A DNA stretch of 64,000 nucleotides. Origin: Octopus vulgaris. Taxonomy: Eukaryota. The notes below the pieces were generated by a model. The model had not been told where the DNA came from and did no database searches. It saw only the letters and a list, made by a program, of their open reading frames with translations. Position 1 is the first letter of the stretch. Every line of letters starts with the position of its first letter. Location: positions 9,114,001-9,178,000 of the forward strand of contig OX597830.1 in NCBI GenBank assembly GCA_951406725.2, written 5' to 3'. A program made the translations under genes and the position numbers. Shown piece by piece: positions 11,823 through 25,907 of the stretch.

Positions 11823-13892
11823 ATCCATGCATATATACGTACACAAGTACATACATACCAGTAATTATTGGGGTACTAGGATATATAGCCAACTGTCTCA
11901 GCACCGATTTTGAGAAATTAGGTTTCTCAAAACCAGAATGGAAAATGCTGATTCGAATACCACAGATACAAGCCATCAATAGAATTGTCAAAATATGTAA
12001 AACTTTCCAAAAATTTAGTATATGAATAGATATGAACTTGTCTAAACATGCAAATATGCATGAATATACATACGTAAAACAAAACATACAGATCTACACA
12101 TGCATTGGTGCCAACTATTTGCACATATACACACATACGTTTATATCTACCCTGTCACTGTTTGTTAAAATTCTAATGAAAGAGCTTTCAATCTAGGTTA
12201 GAAACCGGCTGTGACCCCCATTAAGGCACAGCGAGATAGACAGAAAGCCACACAGACAGAGCGACCGACAGACAGACCGACAGACAGATAGACAGACAGA
12301 CAGGCACACACCCTGAAGAAAATCCATGACTCACAGACAGACCATCAGGTATGTTCAATTCGTAGTGGTGAAGATTGTCATTTGATTGTACTGTTGTTGC
12401 TTAGTCTCATAGATTTGATCATAGCATTCCAGAAATGACCACCTAGTCTTTTATTGACGCATCGTATGTAGATGCCTCACACGCGAATGCCTCAAAAATA
12501 CGTGAATCTGTACTTTGTAGCACACGGACGATGATCATCGGCGAAGGGTTGTGCCTAGGAAGCGCTTCTGTAACCCAAACATGAAGACCTGTTGCAACGA
12601 CCATGCAGCATTCTAGCGGACAACCGGGAAAACGTAACAGACGACAGTAAGACCTGCAGGCGAAGAAAAAAGCAGTTGATGTAGATGTTGTTTGACTTAC
12701 AGCAGACTGGGGGTGGGGGAAAGCTCCAGTAGGGATGAAAGAGTTCGGCAGCTGGTTCTTGGAAAGGAATTGTTACTTCTGTTTCCAGTGATGAGCTCAC
12801 TGGGAAGAAAATTTTGTCGCAAGCATCGGAAAGTACAGTCACGAAAAATGAAAGCATCAAGAAATATGAGAGAAAGGGTATAACACTGAAAACAATCTTC
12901 ACCCCGAGGAAAATTACAACAACGCTAAGTATATCTTGGAGTAGAGTAGAAAATGAACGCTTGTTTCATCTAAGTTGGCAGGGTGTTAGTTGAGAGAAAT
13001 TTAGCTCTTATTTTTATCATCTCGTGTCATGGGATCAGGAACAGGTGGTGGGTGTAAAAGCATCCCTAAAATTTTGAGTGGGCAATGAAAACGCTTTAAA
13101 TACCTTCTTAAAGGTTTGCACCCACTAAGCAAATTTCATTCCCACACTTATGTCTTGAGCAGCCATTCTGAAGTCCTCTCGCTGCTCCTTCGAAGTGTTA
13201 TGGTTTCATACTTTCTGAGAGATAAAAAATCTCAGATAAGATTTTATGGGGCGAAACCAGCATAACCTTATAACATCATTAATTTCTAGTCTTATAATGA
13301 TGTTAACTTGAACAGGACTATCTTTCGAACTGGATGATCGATGAACACAATCAATAATCGATCGATGTATCAACAAAAAAAGTCACCATATCCTGTTGAA
13401 TGTTGCGTTTTGTACGAAACAATAAAAGACAGAAAGCGATTTGTTAGCGAATCACAGTTGAATGCCTGGCGGGTCAGTGTTTAAAAAACTCCGGTTTCTT
13501 GGTTTGTTCCTCCGCAACCAACCGCATCCCAAGCATCAGCGAGTTGTAACTTAGACAGAAAATGCGAAAACTTGCATTAACTCCATCACTGCAGACTTGG
13601 AAACCGTCACTAGCATAGCTAGAGTGTGTGCGCCCGGGGTGGCCCTTCAATTTGCCGCCCACGAAGAATTCATATTGTCTACAGCAGACCCAAAATTAGT
13701 GCCACCCGGGTTGGACCTCCAACTCCGCGCCCCTATTGCTACGTTAGTGGAAACCGTTCGCCAATAACAATAGTGGTTGTGTTGGTGGAGGAATCACGCT
13801 AATCTTGTCTCCTTCAACCATCATACGTCACAACCATCAAAAGTGACAACCATCATGCACTTCAGAAAAGCAATATCACACCTTATATTCCT

Positions 13893-14630
13893 TAATCTTT
13901 TTGCTACCGACCCGCCTAGAGACCCATCCCATGTTCTGTGATACAGACTTCCTGTTTTAGTATAATCTAAATTAAAATGAAATTTAAAAAATTTCATGCT
14001 AATTTATGCTAATTTCATGCTAATTTATGTTTCGAACAACAGAATTATAACAGAAAAGTTCTTTACTCAGTTCTTCGTTATTTCCAAAATTTATTCAAAC
14101 AAACGCAATGTATTTCAACAGAAATATGCTAACAAAATGGTTAACAATGGTTTGAAGTTTTAGTACAAGGCCAGCAATTTCGGAGAGGTGAGTAAGTCGA
14201 TTACATCAGCCTCAGTGTTCAACTGGTACTTATTTCATCGACCCCGAAAGGATAAAAGGCAAAGTCGATCTCGGTGACATTTGAACTCAAAACGTAAAGA
14301 CGGACGAAATGCCGCCAAACATTTTGCTCGGCGCGCTAGCGATTCTGCCAGCTCGCTGCCTTGACTAACAGGTTAATAATAACAAGGTTATTTTAATAAA
14401 TTCTTCATTATTTTAAAAATTAATTGAAAGAAGGACAAAATACTTCAACCGGAATATAGCAAGAAAAGGATGAAGGTTATCTGAATAACAAAATTACGAA
14501 TTTCATGCTATTTTATGCTCTAAACACCATCTTAATAGCGGTAAGGTTATTTTGCTAAATTCCTCATTATTTCCAAAATTAACTGAAACAGACGTAGTGT
14601 ATTCCAACAGAAATATAACAAAGGAGTTAA
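13893..14630. mobile_element. Degenerate TTAA-flanked (piggyBac-like) MITE fragments with a SINE C insertion (14165-14362, -)
   Basis: Repeated ...caacagaaatat..aacaaaa.ggttaa ends; the same end recurs near 54600-54625. Confidence 0.45.
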
Positions 14631-15422
14631 GTAGGAGTTGTCAAGTGGATGCTTCCCTGCCTTTTACAGGATGGCAACACTTGAAGCAAATCTCTGGTTT
14701 CTTGCATGCCAACTTAAAATCTCCTTACCTCTTATGGTAGGAATGCAGCTAAGACTGTCCTGGTTCTGATAAGAATTTCCTGTTTTAAAGTAATCTAAAT
14801 TGAAGCTGTCCATCAAAATTTCATTTTAATTTATGTTCCAAACACCAAATTATTAATGATAAGAGATTTCATTTGAAGATGAAGAAGAAAGTCTGAGAGA
14901 TATGTTGTTTATTAGATTTTTGATAGTGCTTTTGGGGTGGTTAGATTGCTTATGTATATAATGAATTTTTTCGTTACCTTTCTTGTGTGGTTTATAGATG
15001 CTTGATTCCTGGTCTTGGGTGATATCTAGGAAGTTGACTGACTTTTTTTAGTAGTATTTCTACAACTTTTACTAAATTCTTCAATATTTAAAGATTAATA
15101 CATATAAAGGTAGTGTATTTCACGGAGTTAAATATGATCAGTACGGAACAAGAGCCTCCGTGATCGCTTCAAATATTCAGCCTCATCATCCAAATCACAG
15201 AGAAATCTTCCCTTAGCAGACCAAACACTGCATCTTAGAGTTTGCCATTTGTTTTGAGAACAATTCCTAATCTTTTATAACAGTGCTCTTGAGGGTGGGG
15301 TGCATAACTACACCACATCAGTGGGCCGCGACAATATTTTGATAAGGGACACGGAACTTTAGAATGTAACAAGTGACTAACACAAATAAAGTTTTAATTA
15401 AACCTCTTTTGAATGCATAGTA

Positions 15423-15453
<31 letters not shown>

Positions 15454-15500
15454 TGTATGTATGTATGTATGTATGTATGTATGTATATATATATATATAT

Positions 15501-15660
15501 CCCTTCTCTGGATCTTTCCTTCTCCTATGTTTCCGACGAAGAGCTCCGCTCGAAACGTTAAACCCTCCTTCTTCCCTTCTTTCCTGAGCGTCCAATAATA
15601 CTATATTTATTCCACGTCCTCGCGTTGCTGTGTTTTTTGTGCTTTCTTGTTTGGATTAAC
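15501..15660 (+). mobile_element. Short Penelope-derived element between (TA)n tracts, with degenerate hammerhead motif (15529-15563)
   Basis: GTTT-CCGACGA-A-GAGC-TCC-GCTC-GAAACGTT-AAAC; homologous to 10730-10910 and 49530-49750. Confidence 0.65.
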
Positions 15661-15933
15661 TATATATATATATATATACACACACAACACATAACTTTTG
15701 TTCGTTCATAGCGGGGCACACGTATGTTTAGAAAAATCGAAGTAGAGTGTTGGACAAAAAAGGTCGGGAAATACTGCTTCATAAAGTTGTAGTGAGATCC
15801 ACAGCGGAGTCCTGCTCCCATATCTCGACACTGCTACTGCTGCTGCCCCTGCTGCTGCTACACACACAGACATTCGAGACTACACCGAAAGAATACATTC
15901 ACCACTCCAGTCTTTCGTTCACAGACGTTCTGT

Positions 15934-16140
15934 CCCTTATCCCTTCCTCTCCCTGCCTTTTGTAGCATTCCCACAACGGCCTCTATCCCTTATCCCTTCC
16001 TCTCCCTGCCTTTTGTAGCATTCCCACAACGGCCTCTATCCCTTATCCCTTCCTCTCCCTGCCTTTTCTAGCATTCCCACAACGGCCTCTATCCCTTATC
16101 CCTTCCTCTCCCTGCCTTTTCTAGCATTCCCACAACGGCC
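15934..16140. repeat. 53-bp minisatellite, about 4 copies
   Basis: Tandem cccttatcccttcctctccctgcctttt(g/c)tagcattcccacaacggcctctat. Confidence 0.9.
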
Positions 16141-16693
16141 CCTATTTATCGGTGCCAGCTGGATCCGTGCCGCACCAACTCAAACACTCTCCACACCCTT
16201 ATCTCTTCTCTCATCGTCCATATCGTGTCCAACACTCTCGAAGCTACACTGACCACTGAGCTTGGCCTCTTTCCCTCACATCACCGAATCTCCCGAATTT
16301 CTTCGCTGCGCATGTCCCGTATCGGTTCCACAGGAACGTTAATGATATCAACCTCACTGACATCTGAAGGCCTGTGAGGGTTATGTGCAATTCGATAGCA
16401 ACATAAATTGAGCAATTCAATAACACCATAAAGGAAATTAAATGGGTCACCAGACAATACTAATTCCCACACGGCTTTTCCCTATGTTGTCCTGCACAAC
16501 GGTGTCTTCTTTCGCTCAGATAAGCATTTAATTGAGTTTCCGGTTTGTTGAAAAGCTGATTGTCAATGATGGCAACATCCAACTGCATGGTACTAATATA
16601 AACACACATTGACGTGAATATACATAAACATACATTTATATATACACACACACTCACAGACATTCATATATACATACATTAATACATTCACGC

Positions 16694-16742
<49 letters not shown>

Positions 16743-17511
16743 CGCATACTCATATAAACATATACAATATAATCATACACACGAGAATGTGTGTGTATGC
16801 GTACATACATTTATGCGTATATGGTGATTGCTCCGTATTCATAGATGATTGTCGTCTCCTTTTGCTTCCTTGTTACCAACGGCATAATTGACTCACCGTC
16901 CGTAAACCCTCAAGTGATCATACGATCCCACTACAAAGATCCATAACTGTGCGCTTCCAGTTGATTAGGTCTGTACACGTGACCACTCTTCCATTGCCAT
17001 GGGGCTTTCAGCAGATGAAATGCCAAATGAGGTCACCATAAAGAAACAACCGTACGTCATTGGATTACAGCCTTAAACGCTTGTACAACACAAGTACCAC
17101 ATTATGAGTCTCAACGATTATTACCCAGTGACAGGCCGAAGCCAGAGGATCTGTAATCATGTGAAACTGCGACTTTTACATCAGAGTGTCCTTCTTACAG
17201 AAGGACGCCGTGGAAACAGTTGGGGAGTCCTCACTTCCAGTGGTTTTAATAGGATAGCCGTTGACTCCCCTGAGTTCATTTGCCCTTATACGGGCCTTGC
17301 TCTTCATCCTGTAGGTTGTCCAAAGACAACCCTACTCACCAAGCATGTTTAGTGATGTTCCTGGTTTAGTCACCGACTGTCTGACCGCGCAACAGGCTGT
17401 ACTGGGTTACATGTTACCAGTAGTACTTAAGAGCGACCTGGCATGCGTATATACATACATACATACATACATACATTCATACATACATACATACATACAT
17501 ACATACATACA

Positions 17512-17544
<33 letters not shown>

Positions 17545-17759
17545 GGAACTGCATGTGGATAAATAAATTTACACAAATACATACATGCACACGCACACAC
17601 ACATACACACATGCATTTTTTATTAGCATATACATACAAATATACGTTCATACATAAATACATTCATATACATACAATAATACATACATGCCAGCATACA
17701 TACACATATAACGACATATGCACATAAGCACATACAGAAGAGGCATACATAATTACAGA

Positions 17760-18746
17760 CAGGGCCGTCGCTAAGCCCCTGCAACCCCTGCGGATCAGGG
17801 GGCCTACGCGGTTGAGGGGCCCCATGTGAAGATCAAAGTACGTAGATGAGTTATCTATTTACTTTGGTTATAATGGTGAACAAGAATTAAGCAATGCTAA
17901 CCGAAAACTTCAAGAAATAAAATGGTAATACACTGTACCTGCAAAAGTTCTTGTAAAAATATTGCGTTGTGACACGAACATCCCCACCTAAATATGTTCT
18001 TTAGGATAACGTGAAATATTGAACTTCAGATAGAATAAAGTAAAATATAACTATGAATAAAAGATGCGTAGATAATAAATTTTGAAGGTGACGATCTGAC
18101 AGAAACGTTAGCACGCCGGGCGAAATGCTTAGCGGTATTTCGTCTGCCGCTATGTTCTGAGTTCAAATTCCGCCGAGGTCGACTTTGCCGTTCATCCTTT
18201 CGGGGTCAATTAAGTAAGTACCGGTTACGCACTGGGATCGATATAATCGACTTAATCCCTTTGTCTGTCCTTGTCTGTCCCTTATGTGTTTAGCCCCCTG
18301 TGGGTAGTAAAGAAATAGGTATGTCGTCTGCCGTTACGTTCTGAGTTCAAATTCCACCGAGGTCGACTTTGCCTTTCATCCTTTCGGGGTCGATTAAATA
18401 AGTACCAGTTACACACTGTGGTCGATATAATCGACTTAATCCGTTTGTGTGTCCTTGTTTGTTCTTTCTGTGTTTAGCCCCTTGTGGGTAGTAAAGAAAT
18501 AGGTATTTCGTCTGTCTCTACGTTCTGAGTTCAAATTCCACCGAGGTCGACTTTGCCTTTCATCCTTTCGGGGGTCAATAAATTAAGTACCAGTTGTGTA
18601 CTGGAGTCGATCTAATCGACTGGCCACCTCTCCAAAATTTTCGGGCCTTGTGCCTAGAGTAGAAAAGATAATCAATTTCGATTGAAGGGATGGGGACTCG
18701 AAAGGAAAAGTTTCAGTGGGGCTCTAAAAGTCAAGTGACGCACCTG
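17760..18746. mobile_element. hAT-type MITE containing a SINE C insertion
   Basis: cagggccgtcgct...agtgacgcacctg ends; TSD ATTACAGA / ATTACAGG matches 7 of 8. Confidence 0.65.
18086..18668 (+). mobile_element. SINE family C with 3 tandem units of about 184 bp
   Basis: Core repeated near 18136, 18319 and 18503; flanking direct repeat agataat(a/c)aattt(t/c)ga. Confidence 0.85.
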
Positions 18747-20284
18747 ATTACAGGCATACATTCTGCTACCCGAAAAGCATCCATCCATGCATCCATCCCA
18801 GCAAACATCCACCCGTATATATAAATGTATGGTTCTCTGTTGGTTTCGGCGATGAGGGTTTAATTGCTCGACCTCACGAATTATCAGCTCCTGAATTAAG
18901 TAAGGTATAAGTAGCTAAATACACCACAGACATGTGTACCCTTAATATAATTTGCAGACAGAACCATCATGACCCATTAAGACAAGTAGGGTGTAGCTTA
19001 TAAATTCCAGGTACAATCCAATCGATGGGTTTCTATACAATTTCCGACAACCCGATTTCATTCACACAGTACAGATCGATTTGAGGGTTTTTAAGATGAT
19101 ATTTGCTCAAAAGCCACGCAGTGGATCGAACCTGAGATCTTGTGGTTGTGAAGCGAACTTCTTAACCATTCAGCCATTCTGCTGATACACACACACTTAC
19201 ATACATACACACATACATACATGAATACATACATACATACATACATACATACGTACGTACGTACGTACGTGTGTACGTACATGTATGCATGCATCCATCC
19301 ATCCATATACATACATACGGTCATACATACGTGCGTACATACATAGATACATACATGTGTACATACATATGTACCTACACGTATACATACATACGTACAT
19401 ACATACGTACATACGTACATGCGTACACATGTACATACATGCATACATATATATACATACTTTACAGACCATACATAGTGATTTGTGACAGAAAAGAGAA
19501 TCTGTTCACAGTTGTCGAATTCAATTACCCAGCGGGTGTCAACTTTAAGCTTAAAGATCAGCGGAAAAGAAAACACCAACATCGAACTATAAAGACATTT
19601 ACAGATACTCTACCCGGGGTGCAAGTTCAGATTTATACCCGTAATAATTAGAGCACTGGTATATATGACAAACTGCATCAGTACTAACTTTGTGAGATTC
19701 TCAAAACCAGAAAGATGAAAGCTAATTAGAAGATTAAAGGTACAAGCAATCAGTGGAACAGTCATAATATTTAAACCTTTCCAAAAGTTTAGCTTATGAG
19801 CACGTACGCAGCATATGTCTAGACATATAACTTAGGTGTGAGCATTGACAGCTCAACCAACATATTAATTTAATCACATATTTACAAGCCCCGGGAACTC
19901 TCTTAATACAAGAAGTCTTGTCGCTTTGTTAGCAGCTAAGTTGGACCCTCTTAAGAATGTAAATAAAGTTCAGAGAAAAATTATACATCCATCGCTCGCT
20001 CGATCGATCCATCCATCCATATATAGGCGTGTATCAATCCATGGATGCATTCATCCATGCATACGGATATAATGTCACCAAGTGTATTATTTATCTTTCT
20101 TATATAATAATAATTATAATAATGGAAAAAAAAAACCCAGCTTTAGTCTAGTATTCTCTAATTCCGCAATTCTATTTGTTTTTTTTTATCAAACAGAATG
20201 GCGTTTGTTTAATCTATGTTGCACAACAGTTGAGAAATAGTTAAAGTTTTGTCTCTGTTAATACTCAGTATACACACACACACA

Positions 20285-20318
<34 letters not shown>

Positions 20319-20582
20319 CTCTCTCCCTCTCCTCCCCTCTCTCTCACGCATGCATGCATATATCGATTTCGTATCGATTTTTGCGAGCTTTTGAACATGT
20401 CTTTGATCTGATATACGCATTGATTGACTGATCTGAAAAACGGAAGCGTCAGGACAGGTGCAAACATGTGTATGTTCCTGTAGACTGGGGAGTCGTTTCA
20501 GTTGCTAGAAACAACAGCTGAAATCACTAATTACGCACTGCTGCGTAGAAAAAATGATATTCAACAAATTAATTACTATTTC

Positions 20583-20953
20583 ACTCTTTTACTTGTTTCA
20601 GTCATTTGACTGTGGCCATGCTGGAGCAAATCGACCCCGGGACTTATTCTTTGTAAGCCTAGTACTTATTCTATCGGTTTCTTTTGCCGAACCGCTAAGT
20701 TACGGGGACGTAAACACACCAGCATCGGTTGTCAAGCGATGTTGGGGGGACAAACACACACACACACACACACATATATATACATATATACGACGGGCTT
20801 CTTTCAGTTTCCATCAACGAAATCCACTCACAAGGCTTTCGTCGGCCCGAGGCTATAGTAGAAGGCACTTGCCCAAGGTGCCACGCAGTGGGACTGAACC
20901 CGGAACAATGTGCCTGGTAAGCAAGCTACTTACCACACAGCCACTCCTACGCT
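20583..20953 (-). mobile_element. SINE family A
   Basis: Collinear with 2794-3217. Confidence 0.85.
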
Positions 20954-21566
20954 CATAAGTTTGGAATGGCTTTGATCATTAGGCCGACTTAGTCAGGGAT
21001 TACCTGGGGCTCAACAACATCAATAACGAGGACAGCAACATATTCTGTTATTATTTTAATTGCTTCAGTCATTGGTGTGCGGCCATACTGGGGCAATGCC
21101 TTCTAAGGTTTTAGTCGAAACTTTGACCCCAGAACCTAAGTCTAGTACTTAATCTGTCGGTCTCTTTTGCTGACCAGCTAAGTAACTGAGACGTAAGTAG
21201 ACCAACACCGGTTGTCAAGCAACGAGGAGAAAAAACAAAAGGCACGCGTGCGCGCACACATGCATGCATATACACAGCATACCTCACACCCAAACATTTG
21301 TTTCAACGCACGAGTTCATATAAAGAATCTTGTAAACCAGACGAAATATATATACGAAATATATATACACCTGTACACAAACAAACAAACAAAAACAACA
21401 ACAACAAAAAAAAAAACAAAAAACAAAAAGAACGCAGCTCCGATAAGGGACAGAATCAACGACTGTTGAAGAGGTTGCAAGAAGCAACGAAAATTTTAGA
21501 AAAAAACACGAAATGAGTGGAAATTGAACCGGTGAGTGTGTAAAAACAGAATGACTCTCCCCTGAC

Positions 21567-21649
<83 letters not shown>

Positions 21650-21654
<5 letters not shown>

Positions 21655-21867
21655 GTTGGTGCCTAATTATTGCGGCTTTTCTTTTTCAATAAATTTCTAT
21701 TTAACAAAAAATTAAAACAAAATGCCAATTTAAACAAAACACCAAGCAGAAATTGAAGTAGATGGTGAATATGCTCCGGAATAATCATTTAAAGATGTTC
21801 TTTGTTAAATGTTTTTGTTAAATAAAATTTATTGAGAAAAGCCGCAATAATTATGCACCAACACCTA

Positions 21868-21870
<3 letters not shown>
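21650..21870. mobile_element. mariner-type MITE
   Basis: TIR ttaggttggtgcctaattattgcggc / gccgcaataattatgcaccaacacctaa; related copies at about 33206-33450 and 39300-39524. Confidence 0.75.
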
Positions 21871-21916
<46 letters not shown>

Positions 21917-22019
21917 TATACAAGTGAGTGGACTAAAGAAAGAAGGGCACTCAACACATTTATTGGGAGTTACATGTATGGATCAAAGCAGTTGTTGGTC
22001 TGTTCGTGCAGGCAATCCT

Positions 22020-22418
22020 AACGTCTGGATTCTTCACGACAACAACGCACCCTGTTACTGACATCTCCTCAATCGTGAGTTTCTCACCAAGAACAACATG
22101 GTATCGCTTCCGCATCTTCCCTATTTGCCAGATTTAGCACCTGAAGACTTCCATCTCTTCTCCAACATGAAAATGCAGCTCAATGCTCACTGTTTTAACA
22201 CCGTTGTCGAGATCCAGAGCGAATCGCAGAAGGTCCCCGACTCGCTTACGGAAAACGACTTCAGAGCCGGGTTCCAAAAGTGGCAGGAACACTGGGACCA
22301 TTGTATTGTTGCGCAAGGTGCTTCTTTTGAAAGAGATGGTGGTAAAATTTAGGTCAATAAATTGTTGTTTTTTTTATTAAATATCTCTAGTCCGGGAACT
22401 CTTTGATACCACCTCGTT
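22020..22418 (+). pseudogene. mariner transposase C-terminal fragment with right TIR
   Basis: WILHDNNAP...LPHLPYLPDLAPEDFHLF (YSPDLAP motif)...FQKWQEHWDHCIVAQGASFE, with an internal stop; ends gataccacctcg. Confidence 0.85.
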
Positions 22419-22929
22419 TAAGAAGTATAGGCTATACATATGTCTATGGTATATACGAAGCAAGCTCGCTCAAAATGTTGCCCTGGAGAAACATTTATGG
22501 AATTGTTTGGTTTCTAACTGATCTGAAAATGACAAATGAAGGGGCACGGAGAAAAATTTGCAATGCATAGAACTATTCATCTGGTTTGTCAAATGTGGCA
22601 CTTGGTGTATCGCCTTTCAGTAAGTAAATTTATCCTTAGTGCTACTGTACGTATTGAGTAGTTAGCATGCTTCATACGTTCGACACAGTCCAATGCATAG
22701 AAATAAATAATTTATAAATGAATAAATAACACAACGGATGATGTAACAGAAGTTAAGTAACCCAGAGGAGACAATGAAAGAAATTATACATTATATATTT
22801 GCTTTCAAACTTGTTGAGCAGGAAAAGCGCTGAGGAAGTCCGTTGATCGAAACTACTCACTGCGAAGAAATGAATATTATTTTTTTCGATATTTATACAT
22901 CACAACTGAGTTGCCAGTAAATATATTAA

Positions 22930-22976
<47 letters not shown>

Positions 22977-22977
<1 letters not shown>

Positions 22978-23173
22978 TGAGAACTTACAAAAAACAAACA
23001 AACAAAACAAACAAAAGACGTAAACGGGTGTGTAAACATCAAACAGATGTATTAGTTTAACGTTCGGGAAATGAGAAAGTCTTTTACATTTCGAGCCTAC
23101 GCTCTTCGACAGAAAGGAACACAGAAATAAACAGAGAGAGAAAATAGAAGAAAGGTATAGGGGCTAGCGATCT

Positions 23174-23175
<2 letters not shown>
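22977..23175 (-). mobile_element. Short Penelope-derived element in (TA)n with hammerhead-like motif (about 23080-23115)
   Basis: On -, ctttCTGTCGAAGAGCGTAGGCTCGAAATGTAaaag; homologous to 63870-64000. Confidence 0.6.
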
Positions 23176-23216
<41 letters not shown>

Positions 23217-23392
23217 TGATAATAAGAAGAATGTACACAAACTAAAAAGACCTAAGTAGTCAAAATATAAAACGTAACGTCGGATGGAAGTTAAAAGAAA
23301 TTTACCATAAGACGCACCTTCTGAAGAAACCAACCTTGGCATTTTACTCAGAGAAATTCGGTATCTACCTGGATATTTCATCCCATCTCTTA

Positions 23393-23473
<81 letters not shown>

Positions 23474-23903
23474 TGTGTGTGTGTGTATGCATATATCTAT
23501 ATCTATATCGTTGTATATATATATATATTTACTGTTAACAAGAGTGGATATGTTGCATTCAGTTATTCCATATATATGAAAAATGCATTAAATTCTACAA
23601 AATGTACACGTTTAACAGACACAAGAACTCTAATACTTCATCAATTATTGACCGAAAAATATCAATACCTAGTTTCATGATAAGACTAGGGACTTCATAC
23701 ATCGGCGGCACCCGCCAGATTTGCAGAGTATTAGGGCTCGAACAAGCAAAAATAATACAGGGTGGAGGTACGAAAGTAAGCAACAGTAATTTGAAACGGT
23801 AGACGAAGACATCAAATAATAAATATAACCTTGGGGCCAAACATTAGAACGATGGATTAACGACTGGGAGAAATCCTCAAATGGATTTTATATTCTCGTG
23901 TCA

Positions 23904-24303
23904 TATTTCTTTATTGCCCACAAGGGGCTAGACATAGAGGGGACAAACAATGACAGACAAAGGGATTAAGCCAATTAGATTGACCCCAGTGCGTAACTGG
24001 TACTTAATTTATCGACCTCGAAAGGATGAAAGGCAAAGTCAACCTCGACAGAATTTGAACTCAGAACGTAACGGCAGACGAAATACCTATTTCTTTACTA
24101 CCCACAAGGGGCTAAACACAGAGAGGACAGACAAACGGATTAAGTCGATTATATCGACCCCAGTGCGTAACTGGTACTTATTTAATCGACTCCGAAAGGA
24201 TGAAAGGCAAAGTCGACCTTGGCGGAATTTGAACTCAGAACGTAGCGGCAGACGAAATACCGCTAGGCATTTTGTCCGGCATGCTAACGATTCTGCCAGC
24301 TCG
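23904..24303 (-). mobile_element. SINE family C, 2 units
   Basis: Reverse complement of the family C core. Confidence 0.85.
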
Positions 24304-24401
24304 TGTTTGGTCTCAAGGCTATATTAATTATTTGATGTCTTCGTCTACCGTTTTAAATTATTGTTGTTTACTTTCGTACGTCCACCCTGTATTTGTGTAT
24401 G

Positions 24402-24456
<55 letters not shown>

Positions 24457-25124
24457 TATATACAGGGTGCGGAAGATATTCGTCGAACTTGGGTCAGTTT
24501 GTCTTCGTGACATGTTCTTGGTCTCGATAGCAGCCTTCAGGCGAGTTGGGTGGCCAAATGCCAGGTGTGATGGAAGAAATTCTCGAACAGCCAGGCCTAC
24601 ATCTTCCGGCTGGTGTGGTATAAGGCGCAGAGTTTTGTTAACGCACATACGGTCTACCTTGCAGCTATCGTCTACCATTGCACTCAAAAAGTCGAGGACT
24701 TACTGAAATGCAATTGTTCAAGGTGCTGCACAGTGGGACCGAACCGAAGACCAGATGGATGGGCAGCAAAGCCTCTAACCACAAAGCCACGCCAGCGATC
24801 TCTCCCTAGATTTTACAATTGAAATATCATTTTATAATTAATGATGTGAAGAGAAAGAGTGTGTTTATGCTATCCGACTTTGGTACTAATGATTTCACAA
24901 GTAAATGATCAATGAGAGATCAATAGCGTTGCTGTTTTCCTATTTGATTAGTTATGTGTGTCTGTGCGCATTTGCCTGTATGTGTGTGACGGTGTGTGAT
25001 ATTATTGGAGATTGTGGCTGTGGTTCTCGACGACTGGGACAGACAGACATTCATAAAGTTACATAAGAAGTCAGAGCAAATAGACCGCAATAAAGCATGG
25101 TTATGACAAAGGAAATGTAACATA

Positions 25125-25907
25125 TATTTCTTTATTGCCCATAAGGGGCTAAACATGGAGGGGACAAACAAGGACAGACAAACGGATTAAGTGGATTACG
25201 TCGACCCCAGTGCGTAACTGGTACTTATTTAATCAACCCTGAAAGGATGAGAGACAAAGTCAACCTCGGCGGAATTTGAACCCAGAACGTAGCGACAGAC
25301 GAAATACCTATTTCTTTACTGTCCACAAGGGGCTAAACACAAAGAGGACAAACAAGGACAGACAAAGAGATTAAGTCGATTATATCGACCCCAGTGCGTA
25401 ACTGGTACTTAATTTATCGACCCCGAAAGGATGAAAGGCAAAGTCGACCTCGGTGGAATTTGAACTCAGACCGTAAAGACAGACGAAATACCTATTTCTT
25501 TACTAACCACAAGGGGCTAAACACATAAGGGACAGACAAGGACAGACAAAGGGATTAAGTCGATTATATCGACTCCAGTGCGTAACTGGTACTTATTTAA
25601 TCGACCCCGAAAGGATGAAAGGCAAAGTCGACCTCGGCGGAATTTGAACCCAGAACGTAGCGGCAGACGAAATACCTATTTCTTTATTACCCACAAGGGG
25701 CTAAACATAGAGGGGACAAACAAGGACAGATATAGGTATTAAGTCGATTACATTGACCCCAGTGCGTAACTGGTACTTAATTTATCGACCCCGAAAGGAT
25801 GAAAGGCAAAGTCGACCTCGGCGGAATTTGAACTCAGAACGTAACGACAGCCGAAATACCGCAAAGCATTTCGCCCGGCGTGCTAACGTTTCCGCCAGCT
25901 CACCACC
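25125..25907 (-). mobile_element. SINE family C with 4 tandem units of about 184 bp
   Basis: tatttcttta...cacaaggggctaaac recurs near 25125, 25309, 25493 and 25677. Confidence 0.9.

Noticed and set aside
16244-16560. Possible Penelope GIY-YIG endonuclease remnant on -
   Set aside because: Too degenerate to support without a profile search.
25125-25907. Regularly spaced repeats resembling a CRISPR array
   Set aside because: The whole units of about 184 bp are homologous with no unique spacers; they are SINE-internal tandems in eukaryotic DNA and there are no cas genes.
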